From contig CAVTRY010000018.1 in NCBI GenBank assembly GCA_963737265.1, forward strand, positions 192,001-256,000: a stretch of 64,000 nucleotides of DNA. The letters run 5' to 3'. Source of the DNA: an uncultured delta proteobacterium. Its GTDB lineage: Bacteria > Myxococcota_A > Polyangia > Fen-1088. How positions within the stretch are numbered: position 1 is the stretch's first letter; each line of letters starts with the position of its first letter. A program made the translations under genes and the position numbers. The notes below the pieces were generated by a model that worked only from the letters and a program-made list of their open reading frames with translations, made no database searches and was not told the origin of the DNA. Shown piece after piece: positions 43,223 to 51,997 of this stretch.

Positions 43223-44095
43223 ATGACTAATACCTATTTTACCAAGGTGTCCATTCCGTCGGCTATGGCGATTGTCGTTTGCATCATAGTCTTAGGTTGT
43301 AGCACGTCGCGTTCTGGCCTTCTCGTCAGCAAGGATGCGGGCAGCGCTGGCGGCAGCCCGGGAGGCACCGGTGGCGCGACGACCGGCGCGGGCGGCACGA
43401 TCGGCGGCATGGCCGGCGCGGGCCGCACCGGAGTGACGAGCGTGGCCGGCGCAGGCGGCAGCACTATTGCGGCCGTGAGCGGAGATGGCGGTGGCCTGGG
43501 AACGATCTCGACCGGAGCGGGCGGGAGCACGACCGGTGGCGCGGCGACAGGTGGAACCACGCCGCCCGGTGCCCCAACGGTGACAGACAGCGGCTATCTC
43601 ACCGTGTCCGCGGGTACGACCGTGCTGGTCGGGTACGTTTCATCGTTTGAGGGCGGATCCGGATCGTCGATTACGCTGACCTATACGTCGACATCCTTTT
43701 GTGCCTCGGGCACGGTAGGCGCAAATAGTGCCTACGATTCATGGGCCGGGGCTGGGTTCAATGTCAAGCAAGGGCAATCAGGATCGAGCGGATCCGCCAG
43801 CTCGTTGGTCCTTTCTGGAACGACGATTTCCATCAGCTACGTGAACCACGCCGGTTCCACGCTTGAATTTCAGCTCTACGACGGCAGTGATTACTGGTGC
43901 TACGAGCTGCCGCCTTCCGCCACCCCGACCACGAAGACAATCCAATTTTCGAGCCTCAACACGCAATGCTGGGATAACGGTGGAACACCATTTGTTTCTG
44001 GCACGCCTATCACGGTGGTTGAGCTGGTAGCGCCCGGCAGCGGCACCGTCGCCACGCCCTTCGATTTCTGCTTTCTGGGCTTGACGGTCCAGTGA
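43223..44095 (+). CDS. Lipoprotein: Gly/Thr linker plus four-Cys beta-rich (CBM-like) domain
   Basis: Lipobox VLGC, GGT/GAGG linker, aromatic-rich domain (FCASG, SWAG, YWCY, CWDNGG, FDFCF). Confidence 0.75.
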   Translation: MTNTYFTKVSIPSAMAIVVCIIVLGCSTSRSGLLVSKDAGSAGGSPGGTGGATTGAGGTIGGMAGAGRTGVTSVAGAGGSTIAAVSGDGGGLGTISTGAGGSTTGGAATGGTTPPGAPTVTDSGYLTVSAGTTVLVGYVSSFEGGSGSSITLTYTSTSFCASGTVGANSAYDSWAGAGFNVKQGQSGSSGSASSLVLSGTTISISYVNHAGSTLEFQLYDGSDYWCYELPPSATPTTKTIQFSSLNTQCWDNGGTPFVSGTPITVVELVAPGSGTVATPFDFCFLGLTVQ

Positions 44096-44145
44096 GCGTG
44101 GCGCGGTCTCAAGTCGTGTCGCGATGGCAACCTGGAGGAACACCG

Positions 44146-45339
44146 ATGAAATTGTGCTATTTCGGCTTCACGATGGCGCTCCTGGCGGGGGCGACGTGCG
44201 GTGGAAACCTGAGGAAGAATGGCCATGCGGACGAGCTTACCCAGGACACCGTGGTCAGCGAGACCACCGGCAAGAATCCCTTCAAGAATGTTCGCTTCTT
44301 TATCAATCCGGACTATGTCGAGGAGGTCGAATCGACGGTGCGAAAACTCCCCGACCAAGCCGCCCTGATTCGCAAAGTCGAAGCACAGCCAACCGCGGTC
44401 TGGCTTGACACCATTGCCGAGGTGTCGAAGTTGCCCCACTTTCTCGACGAAGCGAAGAAGCAGCAGGTTGCGAGCGGCCAGCCCACGCTCGCGGTGTTCG
44501 TGCTGTGCGATTTGCCCAACCGCGATTGTGCCGCCAAGGCGTCGGCGGGCGAGCTGGCGGTCGAGGCCGGAGGCGAAGCTCGCTACAAGTCCGAGTTCGT
44601 CGATCCCATTGCGGCGCAATTCGAAGCCCACGCGGACCAGCCTATCGTTGCCATTATCGAACCCGACTCACTGGCGAACATGGCCACCAACATGCACATT
44701 CCCAAGTGCGCCGCCTCGGCCGCGGCTTACAGGAATTCCATCGTCTATGCCATCAAACGACTGGCCTTGCCCAATGTCAGCATCTACCTCGACGCCGCCC
44801 ACGCCGGCTGGCTCGGCTGGGACCACAACCGAATCAAGATCACCAATATCTTCAAACGCGTGCTGCAAGAAGCCGGCGGTATCGACATGATTCGCGGCTT
44901 TGCCACCAACGTGTCGAATTACACGCATCTGCGCAATCGCGACGGCGCCGCACTGGCCTTGACCAATCCCTGTCCCAACGAAATCACCTACGTAAAAATG
45001 CTGGCAGAAACATTAAGCATGTACGGCATTCCAGGCAAAGGCTTCATCATCGATACATCGAGGAACGGCAAGGGCGGCATCAGGCACCAATGGGGAAATT
45101 GGTGCAATGTCAAGAACGCGGGCCTCGGCGAGCGACCCCGTGCAGAGCCGATGCCTGGAATCGATGCCTACTTTTGGATCAAGCCGCCGGGCGAATCCGA
45201 CGGCGTCTCCGATCCAGCACAGCCACGCTTCGACGAAATGTGCGCCATTCCCGACGCTGTTCAGGGCGCCCCCCAGGCCGGCAAGTGGTTCGAATCCTAC
45301 TTTCTGGACCTCATTCGCAACGCCAACCCGCCGCTTTAG
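44146..45339 (+). CDS. Glycoside hydrolase family 6 cellulase, exported or lipoprotein
   Basis: PTAVWLD, DLPNRDC, IIEPDSLAN, DAAHAGWLGW, GFATNVSNY, IDTSRNG, WCN, WIKPPGESDG. SD GGAGG. Confidence 0.93.
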   Translation: MKLCYFGFTMALLAGATCGGNLRKNGHADELTQDTVVSETTGKNPFKNVRFFINPDYVEEVESTVRKLPDQAALIRKVEAQPTAVWLDTIAEVSKLPHFLDEAKKQQVASGQPTLAVFVLCDLPNRDCAAKASAGELAVEAGGEARYKSEFVDPIAAQFEAHADQPIVAIIEPDSLANMATNMHIPKCAASAAAYRNSIVYAIKRLALPNVSIYLDAAHAGWLGWDHNRIKITNIFKRVLQEAGGIDMIRGFATNVSNYTHLRNRDGAALALTNPCPNEITYVKMLAETLSMYGIPGKGFIIDTSRNGKGGIRHQWGNWCNVKNAGLGERPRAEPMPGIDAYFWIKPPGESDGVSDPAQPRFDEMCAIPDAVQGAPQAGKWFESYFLDLIRNANPPL

Positions 45340-45404
45340 CTCGACTTCCCTGGTGATGCCGAGTTCATCGCGCATGAAGCTAAAATTGTTGTGGGCGTGG
45401 CGCG

Positions 45405-45470
45405 GGACCGAGACAGGACCGAGAACAATCCAGGACCGAGACAGGACCGAGACAGGACCGAGAACAATCC
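45405..45470. repeat. Intergenic mixed tandem repeat, five GGACCGAGA cores
   Basis: Units GGACCGAGACA (11 bp) and GGACCGAGAACAATCCA (17 bp) in the order A-B-A-A-B. Confidence 0.85.
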
Positions 45471-45579
45471 TTCCCCAGCCGGTGTCCCGTGGGATACAAT
45501 CGCCCCGCGGCTTGGCTTGGCGATGGATCATGTTCGAAGGTGCGCCCGATAGACCCTTTTTCCCCGCGGGAGCTCCCCG

Positions 45580-46878
45580 GTGAGCGAATCCGAGCCGCGG
45601 GCCGCGCACCTGGTCGGCGCGGTCCTGGAAAACGCGTACCGAATTATCCGGCTTATCGGCGAGGGCGGCATGGGCGCGGTGTACGAGGCGGTGCAACTGC
45701 GCCTGAACAAGCGCGTGGCGGTGAAGGTGATGGCGCGCGACCTTTCCGCCAACCGCGAAGCCCTGGCCCGCTTTCATCGCGAGGCCGAAATCACCTCGCG
45801 CCTCGGTCATCCCCACCTTGTGACCGTCATCGACTTTGGCACCGCCGCTTCTGGCGAGCCCTACCTGGTGATGGAATACCTCGACGGCACCGATCTCGAC
45901 TACCGCATTCGTCAGCAGGGTCGCCTCCCGCTCGAAACCGCCCTCCACATCACCAAGCAAGTCGCCTCGGCCCTGTCCGCCGCCCACGACCAGGGCATCG
46001 TCCACCGCGATCTCAAGCCCGCGAACGTCTTTCTTCTGCAGGCGACCGGCGAGTCCGACTTCGTGAAGATCCTCGACTTCGGCATCTCGAAAATGAAGGC
46101 CGCGCGAACGCAGCTCACCAACGTTTTGGCCGTCATGGGCACGCCCAACTACATGGCGCCCGAACAGGCCACCGGCGCCGTCGACGACATCGATCCGCGC
46201 ACGGACGAGTGGTCGCTCGCGTGCATCGTATGGGAAATGCTGTCGGGCCGCGGTCCCTTCGCCGCCGCCGACGTGTCCGCGCTTCTGTACCAGGTCATCC
46301 ACCTCGACCCGCAGCCCCTGGCCAAGCGCGCGCCCAACCTTCCGCCCGGCGTAGAGCCCGTGCTTCGCCGGGCGCTGTCGAAGCGCATGGCGGACCGGTA
46401 TCCATCGATCGCGGATTTCACAAAGGCATTCGAGGCCGCCGCGCTCGGACGTGCGGTTGAGGTGACGCGATTTCGAGCAGGACACGGCGATCCTCGGCCG
46501 TTCCGGGTGAACCGTAGACTGGATGCCCACGTTCATCGACATCAATGGCGCCTATCTGGCGCGGAGGCTGTTTCGCGAATAGCTCGTGAACTTCCCAACA
46601 AGGGTTGGCACTGGCAGCGGGGGCAATGTCGGTGGCAGAGAAGCTGCCCTGTGCCGTCTCGACGAAGAGGTCGTGTTTCCAAACATCCTGGGGTGGAATC
46701 CACATGGGGTGGAAGTCTTCGATCATGGGCAGATGGTCGACTTGCGAGACCGCGGCGAACCGCAGCACGGCGGTGTCCCAGTGGTCGGAGGACTCGAAAA
46801 CTATTGTCGTGGTTCCATCGGGCAACTGGAGGCTCACCGCCAGGGACGACCTTTGCTTGCGGCTGTATTGGTAGCTGA
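45580..46878 (+). CDS. Hanks-type Ser/Thr protein kinase, native C-terminus apparently lost after about 46468
   Basis: GEGGMGAVY, VAVK, HRDLKPAN, DFG, GTPNYMAPE. Tail is Arg-rich antisense of the opposing ORF. Confidence 0.85.
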   Translation: MSESEPRAAHLVGAVLENAYRIIRLIGEGGMGAVYEAVQLRLNKRVAVKVMARDLSANREALARFHREAEITSRLGHPHLVTVIDFGTAASGEPYLVMEYLDGTDLDYRIRQQGRLPLETALHITKQVASALSAAHDQGIVHRDLKPANVFLLQATGESDFVKILDFGISKMKAARTQLTNVLAVMGTPNYMAPEQATGAVDDIDPRTDEWSLACIVWEMLSGRGPFAAADVSALLYQVIHLDPQPLAKRAPNLPPGVEPVLRRALSKRMADRYPSIADFTKAFEAAALGRAVEVTRFRAGHGDPRPFRVNRRLDAHVHRHQWRLSGAEAVSRIARELPNKGWHWQRGQCRWQRSCPVPSRRRGRVSKHPGVESTWGGSLRSWADGRLARPRRTAARRCPSGRRTRKLLSWFHRATGGSPPGTTFACGCIGS

Positions 46879-47221
46879 GGCTGCGAATTTGGGAACCCAG
46901 CAGCGTCATCCACACCATGACGAGCATTTCTGGCGAACAGCGGAAGGCGACGGCCTGAAGAAGCATGCGCACTCGGTGCGGGTTGCGATCGTGCTCGGCC
47001 AATACATCGTCCAAGGAAGCTGTGGCCGGGAGAAGACTCGGTGGAACGTTCACCATGTGTCGGGCGTAGGCTTCGTCGAAGTCGTCGAGCCTTTGGAGTA
47101 GCGCGGCCCAGGAGCCAGGTGCAGAAAGAAAATCGAGGCGACTGTCTTTCAGGATGCCAACCAGCAGTTTCTGCGCTGCTCTTTGGTCGTGTTCACGCCG
47201 CCGCCCTTTGCGAATACCCAA
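46418..47221 (-). CDS. Hypothetical protein, both ends uncertain
   Basis: Long ORF with globular composition (LLQAVAFRCSPEMLVMVWM, FESSDHWDTAVLRF). Family not recognised. Confidence 0.5.
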   Translation of the reverse strand: MGIRKGRRREHDQRAAQKLLVGILKDSRLDFLSAPGSWAALLQRLDDFDEAYARHMVNVPPSLLPATASLDDVLAEHDRNPHRVRMLLQAVAFRCSPEMLVMVWMTLLGSQIRSLSYQYSRKQRSSLAVSLQLPDGTTTIVFESSDHWDTAVLRFAAVSQVDHLPMIEDFHPMWIPPQDVWKHDLFVETAQGSFSATDIAPAASANPCWEVHELFAKQPPRQIGAIDVDERGHPVYGSPGTAEDRRVLLEIASPQPHVRARRPRMPL

Positions 47222-47309
47222 ACGGGTCGAGCACGCATCTGGCTTCATCGACAATCGATTCCATGGTCGCTTCATTGGGGTCGTCGACCACGATGGTCAG
47301 CTCGGACCG

Positions 47310-47583
47310 AGCCCCGCAGAGCCGATGCGAGTACCTGAGTTTCACCTGGGTCGAGTCGCCAAGCGCGAACTGCTTCGGGCACCTCGATGTCGGGCTCGAT
47401 TTGCAAGCGCGATGAACGCCTAACCGTGGGTGCCGCGGCGTCGCGCGCACTGCCTGCCTCGATTTAGCGAAGGACTGTGGCCGGAACGACAATTGTAGTG
47501 GCCAGCGATTCGATTAGGTCGAGGCGTCCGATGCGCGCCAGGGAGATGAGCGGGGAACTATTGCAGACCCAGACGTCAACCAC
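47310..47583 (-). pseudogene. DUF3368 PIN-domain toxin fragment with premature stop
   Basis: VWVCNSSPLISLARIGRLDLI...VVPATVLR*IEAG...AWRLDPGETQVLA. TAA at 47466-47464; GTG overlaps the UPF0175 stop. Confidence 0.75.
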
Positions 47584-47692
47584 GTCGCAGACTCTCCTGA
47601 AGCTCGTCGAGCGTCTCTTGAAAGGGCGAGACGCCAGCATCGCTCAGGGTCCGCATGAAGTCGGTACGGCTCATGCGCGCGATCTCCGCACC
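47576..47692 (-). pseudogene. UPF0175 antitoxin, C-terminal fragment
   Basis: GAEIARMSRTDFMRTLSDAGVSPFQETLDELQESL, directly upstream of the DUF3368 remnant. Confidence 0.72.
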
Positions 47693-47777
47693 CAACACGG
47701 CGATGGCGGGGACGGCGCGAAAGAATTGCTGGTGCCGTGGCGGAGCGGCGGGTGGTGCCACGACGACGCCAACGTGC

Positions 47778-47937
47778 CAACCAATCGAGATCAGCCGAAA
47801 GCCTGTGGCCAAGCCGCACGGCAAGTCCGACCACCGGCGAGGAAGAAGCCTTCATCGCGTGCGAGATCCGCTTGCAAGCGGATTGCGCGCGCTTTATCGG
47901 GATCGATGATCTGCAAGCTCAGGCGCGACTTGGCCAT
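47778..47937 (-). pseudogene. AbiEii-type nucleotidyltransferase toxin, frameshifted N-terminal fragment
   Basis: GFFLAGG / GLAVRLGHRLSADLDW across a frameshift matches the GGT-x-L-x-HR-x-S-x-DLD motif. Confidence 0.72.
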
Positions 47938-48082
47938 TCGAAACCAAGGTAGGGACGGTTGCGCCATGGAAAACCAACGATGATCTTCCAGCCGCTCCGG
48001 GCAGCGCGGGCCGCTCGCATCGGCCAAAAGTTGGCCATTTCCCGCAAAGCCTGATAGGGGCAATCGGGCAAGGAGAAATCTC

Positions 48083-48697
48083 ATGAAAAACATCTTGTCG
48101 AGCGCTTCGTGTCTGGGTCTTCTTATTCTGTTCTCCCCGGTGGTCCGTGGGCAGGACGTGCTCACACCCCCGCGCGTCGCGGGCGTCCCGGCGGTTTCCG
48201 CGGATCCTGCGACGCCCGTGGCGCCCGCGGCCAAGGACACGGTCGTGTATTCCGGCTTGGTCAACTCGCCGCTGAGATTCGGCCTCGGACTCAACGTGGG
48301 CAACTTGGTCACCGGCGTGACGGCGAAGCTGTGGGCCTCCTCGGCGGTCGCGTTCCAGACGGCGCTCGGTGAAGGGCCCGACGGCAACAACATCCGCTGG
48401 CACCTGGACATGGTCTTCAGCGCCGGCACCTGGACGTCGTCCGACAGCCAGTACGTGTTGCCGTTCTATATCGGTGTCGGCGGCGTCTTCGATCACCAAT
48501 TCGCCGCTGGCCAAAACGTGAGCTACTCCGGCGGAGGATTTCGCGTGCCCATGGGCATGTCCGTGCTCGTGCACGGAAACCCCATCGAGCTGTTCTTCGA
48601 GATCGCGCCCGAGTTCACGGTGCGCGGCAACTCGAACCAGATCGGAAAGTACGTATTGAATATCGACGGCAGCATTGGGGCCCGCTACTTCTTCTGA
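48083..48697 (+). CDS. Small outer-membrane beta-barrel protein
   Basis: Signal peptide, amphipathic strands (FYIGVGG, FRVPMG, IELFFEIAP), C-terminal GARYFF. SD AGGAG. Confidence 0.8.
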   Translation: MKNILSSASCLGLLILFSPVVRGQDVLTPPRVAGVPAVSADPATPVAPAAKDTVVYSGLVNSPLRFGLGLNVGNLVTGVTAKLWASSAVAFQTALGEGPDGNNIRWHLDMVFSAGTWTSSDSQYVLPFYIGVGGVFDHQFAAGQNVSYSGGGFRVPMGMSVLVHGNPIELFFEIAPEFTVRGNSNQIGKYVLNIDGSIGARYFF

Positions 48698-48703
48698 CGC
48701 ATT

Positions 48704-49225
48704 TCAGCCCTTGTCCGCTCTCGGATCCGGGTGCTTCCCTGAAATGGGGGCTGGGGCTTCACCTCGCCCCGCGCAGGTGGGATCGGAGGGAAAAACAGGG
48801 AGGAACGGAGGACCAGAGGGATCACGGGTTGGGTTGACGAGGCGGCGGAGACCCTCGCGAAGTACGGGGACGTGGAAATTGACGAGCAGGCCCACCGGCA
48901 GTCGTAGGAGCTTGAGATAGGTAATGACCTGTGCCAAGTGGACAGGAAGCAACTGCTCTACCGCCTTGACTTCGACGACCAAACGGCCTTCCACCATGAG
49001 GTCGAGGCGATAGCCGCAGTCGAGGTCAATGCCTTTGTACTGCAGAGGAATCGCGACCTGACGTTGCGTGCGAAATCCACGCAGGCCTAGCTCGCGCGCC
49101 AGGCAGTGCTCGTAGGCCGACTCAAGCAGCCCGGGACCGAGGTGACGGTGGACTTCGATGCAGGCGGCGATAATTTGCCCAGTAAAGTCATCCTGTCTCT
49201 GTTTCTCCGTTCCTCGCTGTTCCAT
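48704..49225 (-). CDS. GxxExxY protein (PD-(D/E)xK nuclease-like)
   Basis: LGPGLLESAYE, GYRLDLMVE, VVEVKAV, HLAQVITYLK. Confidence 0.92.
   Translation of the reverse strand: MEQRGTEKQRQDDFTGQIIAACIEVHRHLGPGLLESAYEHCLARELGLRGFRTQRQVAIPLQYKGIDLDCGYRLDLMVEGRLVVEVKAVEQLLPVHLAQVITYLKLLRLPVGLLVNFHVPVLREGLRRLVNPTRDPSGPPFLPVFPSDPTCAGRGEAPAPISGKHPDPRADKG
48794..49221. repeat. 25-bp inverted repeats bracketing the GxxExxY core
   Basis: 48794-48818 (+) AACAGGGAGGAACGGAGGACCAGAG versus 49221-49197 (-) AACAGCGAGGAACGGAGAAACAGAG, 22/25 identical. Confidence 0.75.
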
Positions 49226-49264
49226 ATCTGCGTTTTCGGCGGCACTCCGCCAGAAGTTGCTACC

Positions 49265-49747
49265 TCACCGAGCCCCCGGCTGGGGCCCCCGTTTCAGGGA
49301 GGCACCCCTCGGATCCTTCACCGGCGCGGTTTCCGATGCCCGCTCCAGGGCATCGCGCATCGCGTGCGGATCGACGGCCTCTTGCATGGCATCGGCTTCG
49401 CGATCGACGCGGTTGCGCACCATGGGTAGATCGCGACGAAGCTCTTCGACGAGCCCGACGAGATTGGCCACCTTGCGCTCGGCGAGCAGGTTCACCTGCA
49501 AGTCGAGGTGCGAGCGCTCTTCGGCGTTGCGCGTCTGCCGGTTGGCCGTAATGAGGACGAGCGTGGTCATCAATAGCGCGGACAGCGCGACCATTCCTTG
49601 CAGCCAGAAGAAAGGAGGCGGGTCGATGCTGTGCCAACCGAACAGCTTGGCCCCGACGCCGTTGAGCGCGACCCATGCGACGACGACGGACAAGGTCAGA
49701 TAGACAGTGCGCGGCTTCCCCAGCGCGGCGGTCAGCACCTCTATCAT
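49265..49747 (-). CDS. DUF1003 membrane protein, probably 5'-truncated
   Basis: DPPPFFWLQG...VLITANRQ...HLDLQVNLLAERK. Coding-like sequence (QRLDKHQR) continues upstream with no start codon. Confidence 0.75.
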   Translation of the reverse strand: MIEVLTAALGKPRTVYLTLSVVVAWVALNGVGAKLFGWHSIDPPPFFWLQGMVALSALLMTTLVLITANRQTRNAEERSHLDLQVNLLAERKVANLVGLVEELRRDLPMVRNRVDREADAMQEAVDPHAMRDALERASETAPVKDPRGASLKRGPQPGAR

Positions 49748-49910
49748 CCGCTGGTGTTTGTCCAGGCGTTGTACCGGACACCTGACCCAACCCCCACCAA
49801 CCTTCTGACACCGCGCTCTGCCCCGGTCAAGGCGAGAGGGGGTTCGATTTCCGCGTCGACATCGCGTACCTTACGCGCGCGGCTCGGCCGCAACCCCGAA
49901 CCATGGAACC

Positions 49911-51861
49911 ATGATCGCCACTACGAATCTCGCCAAGGAATACGGCGCCCGCGTGCTGTTCGCGGACGTGTCGCTGCAGCTTGGCGCCGGTGCTCGCTAC
50001 GGCCTCGTGGGCGCGAATGGCTCGGGCAAGACGACCTTCTTGAAGGTTCTGGCCGGAGACGAGGAGGCCTCGGCGGGAACGGTGTCCATCCCCGCGTGCG
50101 CCCGCATCGGCGTGCTCAGGCAGGATCGCTTCCTCGACGACGGCGAAATCATCCTGGATCTGGCCATGCGTGGCGATGGGGTGGTGTGGAACGCGCTCAC
50201 CGAGCAGCGGCGCATGGTGGCTGCGGGTGGCGACGTGGACGCCGGACGCATGGCGGATCTTGAAGATCTCATCGCCGCGCACGACGGCTACACCCTGGAG
50301 GCGCGCGCCAGCGAGGTGCTGGAAGGCCTGGCAATCGCGACGCGCTACCATCGCGCGCCGCTGTCCACGTTGTCGGGCGGTTTCAAGCTGCGCGTGTTGC
50401 TGGCCCAGGTGCTGGTGGGCGGCGTGGACGTGTTGCTGCTCGAACGAGCCGACCAACCATCTCGACATCCTCACCATCCGCTGGCTGGAAAAGTTTCTCG
50501 CCGGCTACACCGGCTGCGCGGTGATCATCTCGCACGACCAGCGCTTCCTCGACAACGTCACCAGCCACACCCTCGACGTGGACTACCAGACCATCACGCT
50601 CTACAAGGGCAACTACTCGAAGGCGATGGTGGAAAAGGCCGGCGTGCGCCAACGGGCCGAAACGGGCGTGGTGCGCGCGCAGGAGGAGATTGCGCGCAAA
50701 CGGGCCTTCGTCGAGCGCTTCGGCGCCAAGAACACCAAGGCCACGCAGGCGCAAAGCCGACTCAAGCAGATCGAGAAGATCGAAGTCGCCACCCTGGTCG
50801 AAAGCTCGCGGCGCACGCCACGCTTTCACGTTGTGCCCGAGCGGCCGAGCGGGCGCGAGGTGCTGGAGCTGCAAGGGGTGAGCAAGGCCTACGGCGACAA
50901 GCGCGTGCTGATTGACGTATCGCTGACGGTGAGGCGGGGCGAGCGGGTGGGCATCATCGGACCCAACGGCCTCGGCAAGTCGACCCTGTTGCGGATCGTC
51001 GTGGAACGCTTGGCGGCGGACGTGGGACGGGTCAAATGGGGGCACGAGACGAGGTTCGGCTATTTTCCGCAGGATCACCGCGAGGTCTTGGATGACGCCG
51101 AGGTCACGCCGCTGCAGTCGATGGAAGCCCTGTGCCCGGGGGAAAGCCCTACCTTCGTGCGCTCGCAGCTTGGGCGGGTTCTATTTTCGGGCGAGGATGT
51201 GGACAAGCGCGTGGGCCTGCTCTCGGGCGGCGAGGCGGCGCGCCTGATCTTCGCGTTGCTGGCCGTGCGCAAGCCCAACGTGCTGGTGCTGGACGAGCCG
51301 ACCAACCACCTCGATTTGGAGGCCATCCACGCCCTGGTGGAGGCGCTCAAGGCGTACACCGGTACGGTTGTCTTCGTCTCGCACGACCGCTGGTTCGTGA
51401 GCGAGCTGGCGACCCGGATCGTGGAAATCACCGGCGCCGGGCCGCGCGACTTTCCCGGGACGTACGCGGAGTACCTGGCCAAGCTTGGCGACGACCACCT
51501 CGACGGGGAAGCGGTGGCGCTCAAGGCAAGGGCGGCCAAGGCCGAGCCGTCACCGGCGAAGGAAAGCGCGGCGGGCGAGGGAAAGATCGACTCCTGGGAA
51601 GAGCAGAAAAGACGGCGCAATCGCGCGAGCCAGTTGCCCAAGCTGCGCGACAAGGTGTTGGCGGACATTGCGGCGGTGGAGGCACGCAAGGCCGAGATTC
51701 AGGCGATCTACGCCGATTCGACCTTCTTTCAGCGCGCGAGCCCCGACGAGATCGACGCGCTGGTGAAGGAGCACGATTCGCTGGCGCCGCGGATCGACAG
51801 CCTGATGAGCGCATGGGAAGAGATCGAGCGCGAGATCGAAGCGGCGGGTAGTCCATCATGA
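49911..51861 (+). CDS. ABC-F family ribosome-associated ATPase; +1 frameshift at about 50443
   Basis: GANGSGKT, LSGGF, LLL(D)EPTNHLD restored by removing one A, GPNGLGKS, LSGGE, DEPTNHLD. Confidence 0.9.
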
Positions 51862-51864
51862 GAA

Positions 51865-51997
51865 GGGATCCGAACACCGTCATCTGGACCATCGACGGCA
51901 GCGAGCGCTTCCGCCACACCGGCCGGCGGGTGTCCCGCAGGTGGAGATGTGCGTCATCGCGAACCTGGCCATCGGCGGCACTTGGCCGGGCGCGCCC
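51865..51997 (+). pseudogene. GH16 glucanase C-terminal fragment
   Basis: DPNTVIWTIDGSERFR then (frameshift) PQVEMCVIANLAIGGTWPGAP, the GH16 NLAxGGxWPG motif. Confidence 0.65.

Noticed and set aside
45405-45470. CRISPR array
   Set aside because: Repeat core is only 9 bp, there are no unique spacers and no cas genes in the window.
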